Shown here in pieces: positions 12,322-25,574 of a stretch of DNA of 64,000 bases. Made by a program: the position numbers and the translations under genes. The DNA is taken from positions 155,930,001 to 155,994,000 of the forward strand of contig OX597814.1 of the NCBI GenBank assembly GCA_951406725.2, given 5' to 3'. The stretch is from Octopus vulgaris (taxonomy: Eukaryota). Below the pieces are notes generated by a model that worked only from the letters and a program-made list of their open reading frames with translations, was not told where the DNA came from and did not search any database. Each line of letters opens with the position of its first letter. The stretch's first letter is position 1.

Positions 12322-14235
12322 AGCCTTCTACAGGTATGCCAAAGAAACAGCTATGGTGCACTGTAGGATAGGGCCACTCCTTGAAAAGGATGGCACACTC
12401 ACAGGAAATCCAATGAGGATAAGTGAAATACTAAATGAGCAATTCAAGAGTATTTTCACGCCACCCCTAGGGCATTTTCAAGTCAGCAATCCAACTGACT
12501 TCTTTACCACTGCAGATATAAAATCGGAGGCAGCGATGATTGATTACAACAATATAAAGGAAGACGATGTAATAAAGGCTATTGATGAAATGAAAACAAA
12601 CTCAGCTACTGGCCAAGATGGATTCCCAGCAATCCTTCTAAAAGTATGTAAGAGAGTCCTAGCAAGACCACTGTAGTTCCTCTTTCAGAGCTTCCTTGCA
12701 ACTGGCAAACTTCCAAGAAAACTGAAGGAAGGTAAAATATGCCCTATTCATAAAGGAGGTAGCAGAGCGGAGGCCAAGAACTACAGACCTATCTCTCTGA
12801 CCTCACACATCAGCAAGGTCATGGAACGAATAGTCAGAAGGAAACTAATCACCTTCCTTGAAGAAAATGACTTGCTGCCTGACACCCAACAGGTTTTCCG
12901 ATCAGGAAGAAGCTGCTTAACTCAGCTCCTACAACTGGGTGCTGAAACGACTGCTCAACCACTCAAATGTGGAAGTCATATATCTCGACTTTGCAAAGGC
13001 CTTTGATAAATTCCATCATGGAATGCTATGTCACAAACTGCGTGATCTTGGCATAGTTGGAAAATTGGGAGAATGGCTTCATGACTTTCTGAAGGATAGA
13101 AGTCAAGTGGTAGTAGCCAATGGGGCCGCTTCCACTAACACGCAATTAGTGAGCGGTGTTCCGCAGGGCACTGTTTTGGAACCACTACTGTTCATAATGG
13201 CCCTCTCAGACATGCCCTCAGCCACGCAGAGAGCCACGATCACAAGTTATACAGATGATACAAAAGTTTCACAGGCAATACAGAACCCTGAAGACACTAA
13301 GCACCTGCAATGTGAGCTGGACAAAATATACAAGTGGGCTGAAAAGAATAGCATGCAGTTCAATGCTGAAAAGTTTCAAGCTCTATGCTATCAGCACGCA
13401 AAACTAAATGCAATACCCAATAAATACACTGGACCTGGAGGGACTGCAATCCCAGAGGCACAATCAGTGCGAGACCTGGGTATTTACATGAGTGATGATG
13501 CAACCTTTCATGTGCATGTTGCTAAATTGGCAATGAAATGTAGGCGGCTGACCGGATGGATTCTTAGAACCTTCAGAACAAGAGACCAGGAAACCATGAT
13601 GGTCATCTGGAGGACACTTGTCCTAAGCCACTTTGACTATTTCTCTCAGCTATGGTTACCATCCAGTGTCAAGTTAATCACAGAACTTGAGGCGATCCAA
13701 CGAAGCTACACGAAGAAGATAGCCTCTGTGCAGCATATAAGCTATTGGGAAAGACTCAAGAGATTGAGACTCTATTCATTAGAGCATAGGTGAGAAAGAT
13801 ATGCCATAATATACATCTGGAAGATCCTAGAAGGACTTGTCCCAAACTTTGGCATCGAGAGTTACACAAATGCCAGAACTGGGCGCCACTGCATTGTGCC
13901 AAGGAAACCAAATTTGCCATCAAGATGTAGGACAAGATACTGTGATAGCCTGGGCTTCGGAGGCCCACAGCTCTTCAATATCCTCCCAAAGAACCTAAGA
14001 GACCTGCATGGGGTGGATGCAGATGTCTTTAAAATAAAACTGGATCTCTTCTTGTCAGGTGTCCCAGATGAACCAACTTCACGGCAGGAGGTGCAGTTGA
14101 GGGCAGTTGCATCGAACTCTCTCATGCACCAAATGGCAATTGCTAAAAAGCATTCGTGAATTAAAATCATGTAGCAACACCAAATGGCGGTGCCCCAGCA
14201 TGGCCACAGCTTGTGAGCTGAAACTAGATAAATAA

Positions 14236-14245
<10 letters not shown>
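12322..14245 (+). mobile_element. CR1-group LINE, 5'-truncated, RT pseudogene plus 3' UTR and A-rich tail
   Basis: ORF fragments 12353, 12821, 12939 and 13896 give NYRPISLTS, YLDFAKAFD, SGVPQGTVL, YTDDTK and YWERLKRLRLYSLE. The tail is atggcggtgccccagcatggccacagc..ctgaaac. Flanked by (TA)n. Confidence 0.92.
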
Positions 14246-14278
<33 letters not shown>

Positions 14279-14304
14279 TATATATATACGGTTATATATA
14301 TGTT

Positions 14305-16972
14305 TGTAGTTTTAGCTCAGATTTGTGGCCATGCTGGAGCACCACCATTTTGCTACACTGTTATCACTGTGAGCCTCCTCTAATATGTGGCACTTGGTGA
14401 AGAATGAAGTTTGATGTAGCTATCCTCATTGCCCCTCTTGCCGTGAAGTAGTTTCTTCTGGGACTCTCGCCAGCAAGATGTCCAGCCTTGATTTAAAAAC
14501 ACCTACATCTACTTTGTGCAGGTTCCTCAAGCACTTTGAGAGAATATTAAAAAGCTGTGGGCCCCTGAAACACGGGCTGTTGAAGTAACAGCTCCTGAAG
14601 CGCGATGGCATTGCTGGGATATTTGGCACTATGCAGTGTCGACCCGTTCTGGCATTGATGTAGCTTTGAACGCCAAAATGTGGCACAATTCCGTCAAGGA
14701 TCTTCCAGATGTACATTGCTGCATACCTCTCCCTCCTTCGTTCCAGGGCGTAGAGTCTTAGCTGTTTCAGCCTTTCCCAGTAGCTGAGCTGTTGCAAAGA
14801 GGCGATCTTGTTTGTGAATATTTGCTGGATTGCTTCAAGGTTCGCTGTTAATTTTACACTGTTAGGTGACCATAGCTGGGAGCAGGAATTCAGGCGGCTG
14901 AGGACGAATGTCCTCCAGAGGACCATCAGAATTTTCTTTTTTCTGGTTGTGAATGCTCTCAGAATCCATCCAGCTAGTCGCCTGCACTTTGTCGCCATCC
15001 TGGGAATGTGCATTTGCTAAGAGGTATCATCACTCATCTCGATACCTAAGTCCCTCACCGATTTAGGCTCTGGGATTGCAATTCCCTGTGGACCAGTGTA
15101 CCCTGTAAGTTTCATATTTAGCTTCGGACGCTCATAGCGTAGGGCTTGGAATTTTTCAGCATTAATCTGCATATCATTATCCTCAGCTTATCTGAGAGGG
15201 CCACTATGAAAAGCAGTGGTCCCAAAACAGTGCCCTGTGGAACACTGCTCACTATTTGTGTTTTCATAGAGGTAGCTCCATTGGCCACTACTGCCTGACT
15301 TCTATCTTTCAGAAAGTCATGTAACCACTCTCCAAGTTTTCCAGCGCTGCCGAGATTACGCAGTCTGTGCCATATCATACCATGATCCACTTTGTCAAAA
15401 GCTTTTGCAAAATCTAGGTATATTACGTCCACATTTGATTTGTTGAGTAACTGCCTCAGCACCGAGTCATAATGTTGTAAGAGCTGGGTCAGGCAGCTCC
15501 TACCTGCTGGGTATTAGTCAGCAAGTTATTTTCTTCAAGGAATGCGATTGATTTCCCTCTGACTAGCCGTTCCATGACTTTGTTGATGTGTGAAGTCACG
15601 GAGATAGTTCTATAGTTTTTGGCATCTGCTCTGCTTCCCCCTTTATGGATTGGGCATATTATTCCCTCCTTCAGCTTGCTTGGCAGTCTGCAATTTGCAA
15701 GAAAGCTGTGAAGGAGTTTTGCCAGGACACACTTACACGATTTAAGGAGGATTGCTGGGGAACCGTCATGACCAGCAGTTGAGCTTGCGCCTATCGCATC
15801 TATGGCTAGTAGTATATCTTCGCTAATGTTGATGTATTCCATTGTAACTGTCTCGCTGGTTACAGGTGAGGCGGCAAAGAAGTCGATTGGTTCGTTCATT
15901 TGTCTGTGTCAAAAAGAGGTGGTAAAAACACTTTTAAACTGGTCATTCAGTATCTCACTGATCCTGGTTGGACTATCTGCGAGGGAGCTATCCTTTTGGA
16001 CGAGAGTCCTGTATTTCAGGGTACTGAAGTTACTTCTTCCGCATAATGAAAGAAGACCTTTGGGTTTGACTTAATGTTTTTTATAACCCATGCTTCTTTG
16101 TGTGCTCTTTCCCTCACATTAGATTGTCGCAGGCTTTTTTACAATCTCCATCAGTGTTGTTTTTAGGCGGGACGTTTCGCTACGTTTGAGATATTGGTGG
16201 AGGCGATTTGCAACCTTCGTCCGTTGTCTCATGAGGATCTTCCTCTCCCTTGGAATCTTGTTCCTATTTGTGTTGGCCTTGTGCTCTGGGCCATATCTCT
16301 GGCATATGGCTTGCATACCAGTCATGAAATATTCTAGTTTCATGCCAAAGTCTGGTGTGGAGAGACGTTTCGACCAGTCCTGTCTGAGGATCTCTTTTTG
16401 GATCGATTTGCAGGCTGCTTTGAGGAAATTTAGATTGGAGAGATTTAGGGTGCTTCCTTTAAACTGTATGTCTGGCTACTTTCGGCTCAAACATAGCCAG
16501 CTCTATTATGCTTGATCTGAGACTAATGTCGGCGTCCCTTTCACATCATGAACCATATCCATATTGTTCATGAAGCAGAGATCCAAAATGTTATTTGCCC
16601 AAGTTGGTCTGAGTAAAAACGTGCTCCATAAATAGGGCATTGGTGAGGTTGAGCAGTGATTCCACCTGTGCTTGTTTAAATGAGTCGTTCCAAGAACATG
16701 AGGCCTTCTGGACATCTGACGTTGGGGAAGTTGAAATCACCCATAAGATATATGCTCACGTGGCGTTCTAGTTTCAAGAGAATTTCTTTAATTCATGTGA
16801 GGCAATCTTCAGATTGCGTATGTGGTTTTGAGCATCCGGTGGGCAATATGTATTGCATATGACTATATTGTCTTGTCGGATGTATACAGCAACTCCAATT
16901 TCCAATATGGCTCCTTTTCCTTCTGTCTGTTCGCAGTATGGCATATTTTGGTACGTGTACTTCTGCATTCTC
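14305..16972 (-). mobile_element. Second CR1-group LINE (APE endonuclease + RT relic)
   Basis: APE motifs GVAVY, NTYCPPD, MGDFNFP and NILDL; RT motifs YLDFAKAFDKVDH and VPQGTVLGPLLF. A deletion near 15190 removes the YxDD region. The 3' tail is homologous to that of the first LINE. Confidence 0.92.
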
Positions 16973-16992
16973 TCTCTATATATACATTTATA

Positions 16993-17073
<81 letters not shown>

Positions 17074-17089
17074 GTGTATATATATATGT

Positions 17090-17310
17090 ACAACCCCTCT
17101 GTCCGACATTCGCCATTATTGATCGCTAACCACTAAACCTTTTTCTATTTTCTCTCAGTGTTTATTTCTGTGTTCCTTTCTGTCGAAAAGTGTAGGCTGG
17201 AAATAGAAAAGACTTTCTCCCTTCCCGAGCGTTAAACTAATATATCTGTTTGATTTTTACACACCCATCTTCGATCTTTACTGTTTTTTTTTGTAAATTC
17301 TCACTATGTA
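17090..17310 (+). mobile_element. Family A short repeat with decayed HHR-like motif (17176-17211)
   Basis: cctttctgtcgaaaagtgtaggctggaaatagaaaag. Lies between (TA)n tracts and is homologous to the other family A copies. Confidence 0.65.
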
Positions 17311-17342
17311 CATAGATATACATTTAGATACACACACACATG

Positions 17343-17376
<34 letters not shown>

Positions 17377-17393
17377 CACACATATAACTATAC

Positions 17394-17455
<62 letters not shown>

Positions 17456-17481
17456 ATATATATACACACATATAACTATAC

Positions 17482-17532
<51 letters not shown>

Positions 17533-17533
<1 letters not shown>

Positions 17534-17774
17534 TGGAGTAAACTCATAAATCTGAAACAAGGTGGAAAAAAGAGTACTCAAATACCAGTGGTAGAGTAAT
17601 ATGCTTTATTTAAAAGCAGCAAAAAATTCAACAAAACCTGTTACTCTAAGTTTCACGTTCCCGTTCGTCGGACAGTTTTTGCTAGAAAAATCTAGCAAAA
17701 ACTGTCCGACGAACGGGAACGTGAAACTCAGAGTAACAGGTTTTGTTGAATTTTCTGCTGCTTTTTTAAATAAA

Positions 17775-17780
<6 letters not shown>
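17533..17780. mobile_element. Foldback element (family B) inserted in (TA)n, arms 17599-17686 and 17691-17780
   Basis: Near-perfect inverted repeat with a 4-nt loop. Each arm carries an HHR motif. Confidence 0.85.
17702..17739 (+). ncRNA. Minimal type I hammerhead motif, CCGACGA core (mirror copy 17638-17675 on minus)
   Basis: CUGU-CCGACGA-ACGggaaCGU-GAAA-CUCaGAG-UA-ACAG. Confidence 0.75.
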
Positions 17781-17840
<60 letters not shown>

Positions 17841-17894
17841 GCATTTAGATATATACATACATTTATACATATATATATAGATATATATATATAT

Positions 17895-17932
<38 letters not shown>

Positions 17933-17952
17933 TTATATATATACTTACATTT

Positions 17953-17995
<43 letters not shown>

Positions 17996-20656
17996 TTTAT
18001 TTATGTATATATAATATGCAAATACGTAGATAAATAGGCATATCTCTATATTTGTGCATCTATCTAAAATAAGTATATATATATATATATACATATATAT
18101 ACATATATCTGCATGTGTGTGTATGTGTTTGCGCGCGCGCACTTCTTTGAATGTATGTGCTGCGTAGCTTAAATTCTGCATTATTTACAACGAATGTTTT
18201 GCATTTTGCATTAATGTTGACATGCAAGTAATTCATTTATTGTTAAATATGATAATACTTATTATTTGCATGCTTTTGAGTTACGAGACAATATGTTGTG
18301 ATATTAGTATTTTCTTTGTTGTTAATAAAATTTCATCATAATATTTCTCTCTCCTTTATGACTTTATACACTCTTTAACCTTTTATCTTGTATATCACTA
18401 TATATCGTGTAAGGCTTGTACAATGATGCAATAAGGATCTTTTTTTCATTTTATCAGTACAACTGGACTACTTGAATCCATATATTGTTTGCTTAAATAC
18501 ATATATATATATATGTTGTTTTTTGCACTTCTTACACCAGTACGATGACCACTGACAAATTATTCTACCCTACATTTTAAAGACTATCATTGTTAGCAAT
18601 TCCCGTTGCTGAAATATAAACTCAATGACATCTTCCTCAACATCGTTAAGGCACTCGTCTGCGCGCGAAGGCAGGATCTCCGTCTTAGCAAGAGAGACAT
18701 TGAAACGTATACTAGGGGTGTCATACTTCTGTATACATATATTAACGCAGTAAAAGACATTATTTATCTATTAAATAGTGATATAAAGAAAATTTTAATA
18801 AAATCAGAATGTGCGTGTTTGAACACCCACATGGAAATAAATGAATCTGGTAATATATCTAATTATTCATTTTCCTGGACTTGTAAATAATTGGAAAGAT
18901 CTGTTTATTTCCTAATCTTCTTAGGTATTTATCACGAAATAAATACCTTCTTTCTAATGGCGGATTTATTAGATTATAACTGTTTCTAGTGTATAGAACT
19001 TAAGCCACAGTTAAGTAAGTCTTTCTAATTAACATACCAGTAATGTAGATATGGTGAGGGTAGTGATCTACACATATTTTTTAAAGATGATTTAAAATGA
19101 AACAAGGATTTCCAATGAGCATAAAATTCTAACCTTGCTAAAAAAAGTAAATAAATGGTTAAAATGGGACGTTTATCTTTCAGTATACAGAAAAAAATGG
19201 GATCGATATCGATATGTTCTGCATCTAAATTTCGTTGATCTTTATCGGAGAAATATTACCCATCTGTCCACGGAGAGATTTGTAGCTTGGATTTATGATG
19301 TCTGCAAAAGCAATAAAAAAAAACGCAGCTAAAATGATTAGAATATATATGTATGTACATTATGCTTGTGTGTGCGTGTGTGTTTGCCTACCATACTCAT
19401 CGTACCCTGCACAATGGTTTTTGTACACACAGAACACAAACACACACACGCACATACACTTACATGCACATGCATACGTGCATATTTGTGTGTTTGTGTA
19501 AGCCTTGGTGGATGTGTATTTCTGTTTTTTGTTCCTGTCATCATTAAATCCTTCTCTTTCTTTTACTTGATTCTGTCTTTGGATTGTAGCCATGCTGGAA
19601 AAATGTCTTGTGGGGTCTTAGTCAATCAAATAGACGCGGATATTTATCTTACATTTGGCACTTATTCCATCTGACACTTCTCACTCAACTGCTAGACGTT
19701 CGGTTCGCAACCATACTCCCACAGTACGGTTCTTAGAGGAACACATTTCTGTAACAGTTCCGAGTAATACTTTGAAATTGAATCTGAGAAACGGAATCTG
19801 TGTGAAAGATCACTGTAAAACATATGCGTGAAAATATGTGCATACACGCACACACATATGTATATATTTTTGTTTAAATGTGTAGGAGTATATGGATTTA
19901 CCGCCTGGACTTTTTAATTGTGGAGTTGAAATCAAAATTCGTTTCCTGACTACATCGTATTCAAGGAGTTTCGATGTTTTTACTGTTGACGTCCGTACTA
20001 AAGGTTTTGGTACGAATATTACACATAAATGATAGTTGGATGTGTTTATGAATGCGTGTGAGAGTATTTTTTTAGTCTGTACATCAATCTGTGCCTGTTT
20101 GACTCTGTAGTTTGTTCTAAGTGTTTGTAATAGGAATATGATGGTTGAAAGTTGATCAGAGTCCTAGTTTAAAATGATAAGAGAGAGTGATGTAGGGATA
20201 GATATCGTATGGAATGTAAATATGTGTTGATACTTATGTGAATTTGTATACGTTTTTTTGTTTCTGTTCCTTAGAGTATATGTTCGATAATACATACACT
20301 CTCAAATATCTGAATGTTCATGCTTGCAATAAGATTGCGTTTGAGTATTGTGCACACACGTTGTATTCCTGCAAGTGTGGATAATTCTCCAGTTTGAAAT
20401 GGGCATTTGAAGAGATTTAAAGAGATTGAAGAGATTTAGTTACATACCAACTGCCTAATACAGTTTGGCAGATAATGGATTTACTATTCCCTGGAGAGAT
20501 GGTATAGATTGTAAATGCAAACTAAAGCATGAACTGCTATTTTATCTATCGACACAAAAATTCATTAGATTGCTTAACTAGCCGAAACTGCAAAGCCACT
20601 TTCCATATTTCTCTTGTTAATGACCACTGTTAAACGCTATATATATATATATATAT

Positions 20657-20832
20657 AGTTAAAATTCACAGAAAAGCAAAAGCGAAGACGGGTGTATAAG
20701 CAACAAGCAGGTGTATTAGTTTGACGCTCGGGAAGGTGAGAAACTGTTTTACGTTTTGAGCCTACGCTCTTCAACAGAAAGGAACACGATGAAATAAACA
20801 GAGAGAATAAAAAAAAAACTTGTGGAGTTAGC
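20657..20832 (-). mobile_element. Family A short repeat with HHR-like motif (20746-20781)
   Basis: Minus strand ccttt-ctgttga-a-gagcgtaggctc-aaaa-cg-ta-aaac. The 3' end abuts (TA)n. Confidence 0.65.
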
Positions 20833-20975
20833 AGTCAAAGCACATAAATTTGAAACAAGGTGAAAAAAAAAGTACTCCAATAACGGAGGTAGAGTAATAT
20901 GCTTTATTTATAAAGCATACATGTATGCATGCATACATACATATATACATACATACATACAAACATATATATCTA

Positions 20976-21037
<62 letters not shown>

Positions 21038-21108
21038 CATACTTTATTTAAAAGCAGCAGAAATATAACAAAAGCTGTTACTCAGAGTTTCACGTTCCCG
21101 TTCGTCGG
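20833..21108 (-). mobile_element. Family B copy interrupted by a microsatellite
   Basis: 20835-20917 and 21041-21108 match 17540-17672. HHR core ccgacga-acgggaacgt-gaaa-ctctgag-ta-acag on the minus strand. Confidence 0.75.
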
Positions 21109-21740
21109 TTAGTCTTGTGAAAATAAAACAGAAATAACGATATGATCAAAACTAGTTCAAGGATACACCTTTGAAAATGGATTTGTTTCATTGGTCCTTT
21201 CAAATAATGGTCTTAAGCATGCGATAAACAAATTAAACAAACTAAATTAATTCAATATAAATTCATCCTATTATGAAAAATCGAGGAAATCTCAAATCGA
21301 AGAGCGGATTCAAAATACATATTGTCAATAATTATATATGAAATATAATTCGATTAATACAATTAATACGTTAAAAATTAAGATATTTTACAACAGTATA
21401 TACACATACTAACCCATCAATATACATATATACATCAAAATACATTGATGGGATATACACAGACCACATACATATGCAGACATATATGTAAGACGTAAAT
21501 ATATAGACACAAATACACATATACATATGTATACGTATGTACGCAATCTTGTCTGCATGCAAAAATCACTTAGTGTATACATATAGACTGAAGTAAAACG
21601 CAGAGAGGGGTAAAGAAAAAGAAAAGGGAAGAATATTAGTGAAAGAAGTGAGTAAGAGAAGAGGAAGGGCGTGCAAAGTTAAGATGAAATGGGTTAAAAA
21701 GAGAGATAAATATCAAAGTGATATTAATTTTTGACATTAT

Positions 21741-21790
21741 CGATTTTGATATTGTCAATATGGACATATCGGCAATAACGCGCGTCGTCG
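21741..21790 (+). ncRNA. Decayed hammerhead-like motif related in layout to 12078-12173
   Basis: cgat-tttgata-ttgtcaatat ggac atatcggcaa-taa-cgcgcg-tc-gtcg. Stems are intact but the core is mutated. A purine-rich tract precedes it, as at 11600-12040. Confidence 0.4.
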
Positions 21791-21936
21791 TTTTAGTGTG
21801 TATTATTTAGTATAATAATTTTTAGTACAATATTAATAACATATTTAAATGTATATTTTATTATAGATGATATATTTCATTATATGTTGAATTACTTTGT
21901 GGAGGTTCTGTCACTTAACTCTCTATATGTACACAC

Positions 21937-21967
<31 letters not shown>

Positions 21968-21999
21968 CATGTATATATACATGTACACACACAAACACA

Positions 22000-22075
<76 letters not shown>

Positions 22076-22290
22076 CATATATATATACTTATACACATAT
22101 ATAAATATACATGTATATATACGTTTAAATATTTGTTGTGCAAGATTTTTTATGTGAAGTCGTGTGTTGAAACAGATATTGTTATATTTCGGAATGGTCA
22201 TATTGCCAGTTTAGCCCATAAAAACACACGCACTATATATTTGGTGTTATTTTGCTTCAGTGATATTTATTTTTTACATTAATCTTAATC

Positions 22291-22340
22291 TTATTTCGGC
22301 CAGAGTTCTTTCGTCCCACTCCTGTGACCGCATCAGTGGT
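22291..22340 (-). ncRNA. HHR-like variant downstream of the Naiad-like ORF
   Basis: Minus strand CUGAUGC-GGUCA..GAGU..ACUC-UGGCC-GAAA. Stem II is clear; stems I and III are not convincing. Confidence 0.35.
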
Positions 22341-22830
22341 CCTTTGTTTTCTTCTCACTTATTTGTGTCTCTTCTTACTAACCGTCAGCCATTTTGTATT
22401 TCTATTGTATGTCTTCATTTGCGCATGCTTTATATCTCTATGTGCGTCTATGTTTATTTAGTGTGGGGGGGGGATGCCTGTAATATTTGTATCTTCTGTT
22501 TATATACATTCTTGTAATTTGTATTTCGTTTTTGTTGTTGTTGCTTTTGTTCTAATTTTGTTCATGTGTTTACATCCACCCACTATTATCATTACATATA
22601 CTTGTATGTATGTATAACAACAATATTAGTAATAATAATAATAAATCTAATCGAAAAAAAAAAATATATATATATATATATATACATGTATATATACACA
22701 CATATATGCACATATACATATATATATATATACACATAGACATACATAGATATATACACATATATATAGTTATTCATTTCTATCTGTTTATTTACCTGTG
22801 TATTTATTATGTTTTCAGGATCCTCTATCG

Positions 22831-24245
22831 TCATATGTTGTGGTGTGTGCTATTGCTCCATTCTAGTTTTCTATTCAGGCTAGGTTTACTTTCTATTATA
22901 TGTGTAGCTTCTGTAATTTGTCTAATTGTTGCATCTGTTCTATATGTGGACAATATCTTAATCTCTATGTTATTGATTGATCCCCCGTGTTCCTGTTCGG
23001 CGTGTTGGTACAGAATCGCTGAGCTTTTACCTTCCTTGAGTTGTCTCCAATGTACATTCACCCGCTCTCCAATGCTTCTTGCTGTTTCCCCTACGTATGT
23101 TACTGTCTCGTTACTGCATCGTCCCTCTATACATCTTATACTATAGACTACATTTCTGGCTTTACAGTTTGTTTGTGGGCTAAATCTACATACAGTGCAA
23201 TAGTTATCCGTACAGAGGGTTCTACTAAAAGGATAGGTTCTACCAATTATAGATCTGATAGGGTTGCCTGGCTTTTCAACAACCTTAATTCTTAGTTTAA
23301 GTTTATCTAGGGTCCTTCTAAAGCGGTACGCCAGTTCACCTCCAGGGGTGGTGTCAACGAACATGACACTCTGGTATTTATGGCTATCATACCAAGAGTT
23401 GGCCTTCCCTATTTTCTTTTTTGTCCTTTCTATAGTGTTCCATGACTTGTTCCTATAGATTGGGCAAATCCCATTCCTATCATTACATAATATATTATCA
23501 AATTTCTTCATGGCTCCTTTGTATACTCAGATCCTTTCTTTATGGCTGTAACCTGAGAACTGCATGCGGTGAATGAAATACTGTATGTGTCTCTTTAATT
23601 CTGTAGGCTCGCACATGCGTGACACATTTCTCATTATTCTGACGAGGTCTGCCATCAAAATATTGAATTTGGCATTGCCCGCAATGGTTGAGTTCCGGTG
23701 GATCAGGTATTTTGAGGCCATAGGTTTTGCATAGTATGAATGAAGGATATGGGTTTTATTTTTCACAATTTCTAGCCAGAGTTCAGTGTCTAGTACTGGT
23801 AGTCTATGGTTGGGGTGTTTAGTGGGGTAGTCTATTGTGACCTTAATACTCTGGTGGATGGAGTTAGCTATTTGCTGGATGCTTTCCATAGTATTAGTTT
23901 CTATTACTATATCAACATTACTCTCTTGTGGGGGTGCCTTTACTACTATGTTGATATCATCAACATAGCGAGAGTACATGTTTACGAGTATGGATTTCTG
24001 CAGTAGGCATTCTTTAAGCCTTCTGTCCCACCATACCATGAAGAGGTTGGCCACATCACCAGCGATACTAACACCGATGGCTGCCCCATCGTCCTGGGCA
24101 TATATTTTATTATTAAATTTAAATGTGTGGCCTTTTAGGGTAACTCTTATACTAGCTCCTAGTGCATGTGCGATCATTTTCTTTACCTGATGGACATTTG
24201 CGGGGCTCCGTATGGCTCTGGTCCATCCGCGCCATCTACTGGTCC
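22831..24245 (-). mobile_element. Naiad-like Penelope element: RT + Cys linker + GIY-YIG, 5'-truncated, single in-frame TGA
   Basis: GAAIGVSIAGDVANLFM, RYVDD, LPVLDTELW, YYAKPMAS, FVDTTPGGELA, IKVVEKPG, CTDNYCTVC, VVYSIRC..YVGETARSIGER..H, LNRKLEW. ORFs 23527..24177 and 22831..23511 are in the same frame, separated by TGA at 23527-23529. Confidence 0.88.
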
Positions 24246-24334
24246 ATCTACTGGGGCAGAAACTACTAGTAGATGTTTAAGAGGTAGACCGCCTACAATT
24301 ACTTCTATGGCTAGGAAGACACATATAGAAAGAC

Positions 24335-24970
24335 AACATGTTTTCATTCCAAAGGAATAAATGGTGCATTATGCAATCTTGTCATCAGGAAAGAAAGGGA
24401 TCCTATCTCGACAACAAGACAAACAAAAATTTCGATGACTGCCTACATGGTAAACAAAGCGATAATGAGTGTTTTTTTAAAGAAACCGTTAGAAGAATTG
24501 ACGTCAAAGATAGATAGTAGGAAGAGAAGGGTTAAAGAAATAATAGGTAGGGAACAAGTGGAGAGGGAAGGGTACGTTGACTGAAAGAATGTTCTGCACT
24601 GGCAGAAATACACTTTCTACTCATATAAATGATAACGATAGTCACTGTGGTTTGAACAATTAGCTTTACGTCCACCCCACTTCTATAGAGAAATTCTTTC
24701 CTAAGCCTTCGAACATTCTTTCAATCAACGTACCCTTCCCTCTCCACTTGTTCCCTACCTATTATTCCTTTAACCCTTCTCTTCCTACTATCTATCTTTG
24801 ACGTCAATTCTTCTAACGGTTTTTAAAAAAACACAGTCATTATCGCTTTGGTTACCATGTAGGCAGTCATCGAAATTTTTGTTTGTCTTGTTGTCGAGAT
24901 AGGCTCCCTTTCTTTCTTGATGAGAAGATTGCATAATGCACCCTTTATTCCTTTGGAATGAAAACATGTT
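24335..24970. repeat. 260-bp inverted repeat (24335-24594 / 24711-24970), 116-bp spacer
   Basis: The arms are reverse complements with scattered substitutions. The right arm runs into an HHR-like motif at 24911-25001 (UUGAUGA-GAAGA...UCUUC-GAAA-CUU..GAG-UA). Confidence 0.9.
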
Positions 24971-25127
24971 CTCTTCGAAACTTATGTCGAGAGTAAAGGA
25001 ATTTTGTTAACATCTTCGTTCGACTCCATTCTTTCCTTTATTTATATACTTATATATGTACATATATATAAATACATATATATATATATATATATATATA
25101 TTACACTCCCACACACATATATGGATA

Positions 25128-25206
<79 letters not shown>

Positions 25207-25529
25207 ATACAGGCTCACGCATGTCTGACTATAGAATTGGAACACATTCTCTTTTAAACATGTTCTCTTACTGACAACACATTTGCACAGATTTGATATT
25301 TGCATAAAGAAATGTTTCTTATTTCTTTGTTCGTTCTTCATGTTCAATTGGGACACGAGCTTTCCTAAATCAATTAATCCATTAAGTCTTAGATTCTATA
25401 TCAGTCCTATACTCAAAATGATAATGGTGCGCATTGCTGCTTTCATGCAATATGCGTTGGGTGATTTTAATAAATATTCGACGCAAATTTTATTTTTTCA
25501 TCGGTTAATGTGTGTATCTGTGACTGTAA

Positions 25530-25574
<45 letters not shown>

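Noticed and set aside
22770-22836. SECIS element after the Naiad-like ORF (AUGAC...AAA on the minus strand)
   Set aside because: I could not build helix II or the closing GA quartet by eye.
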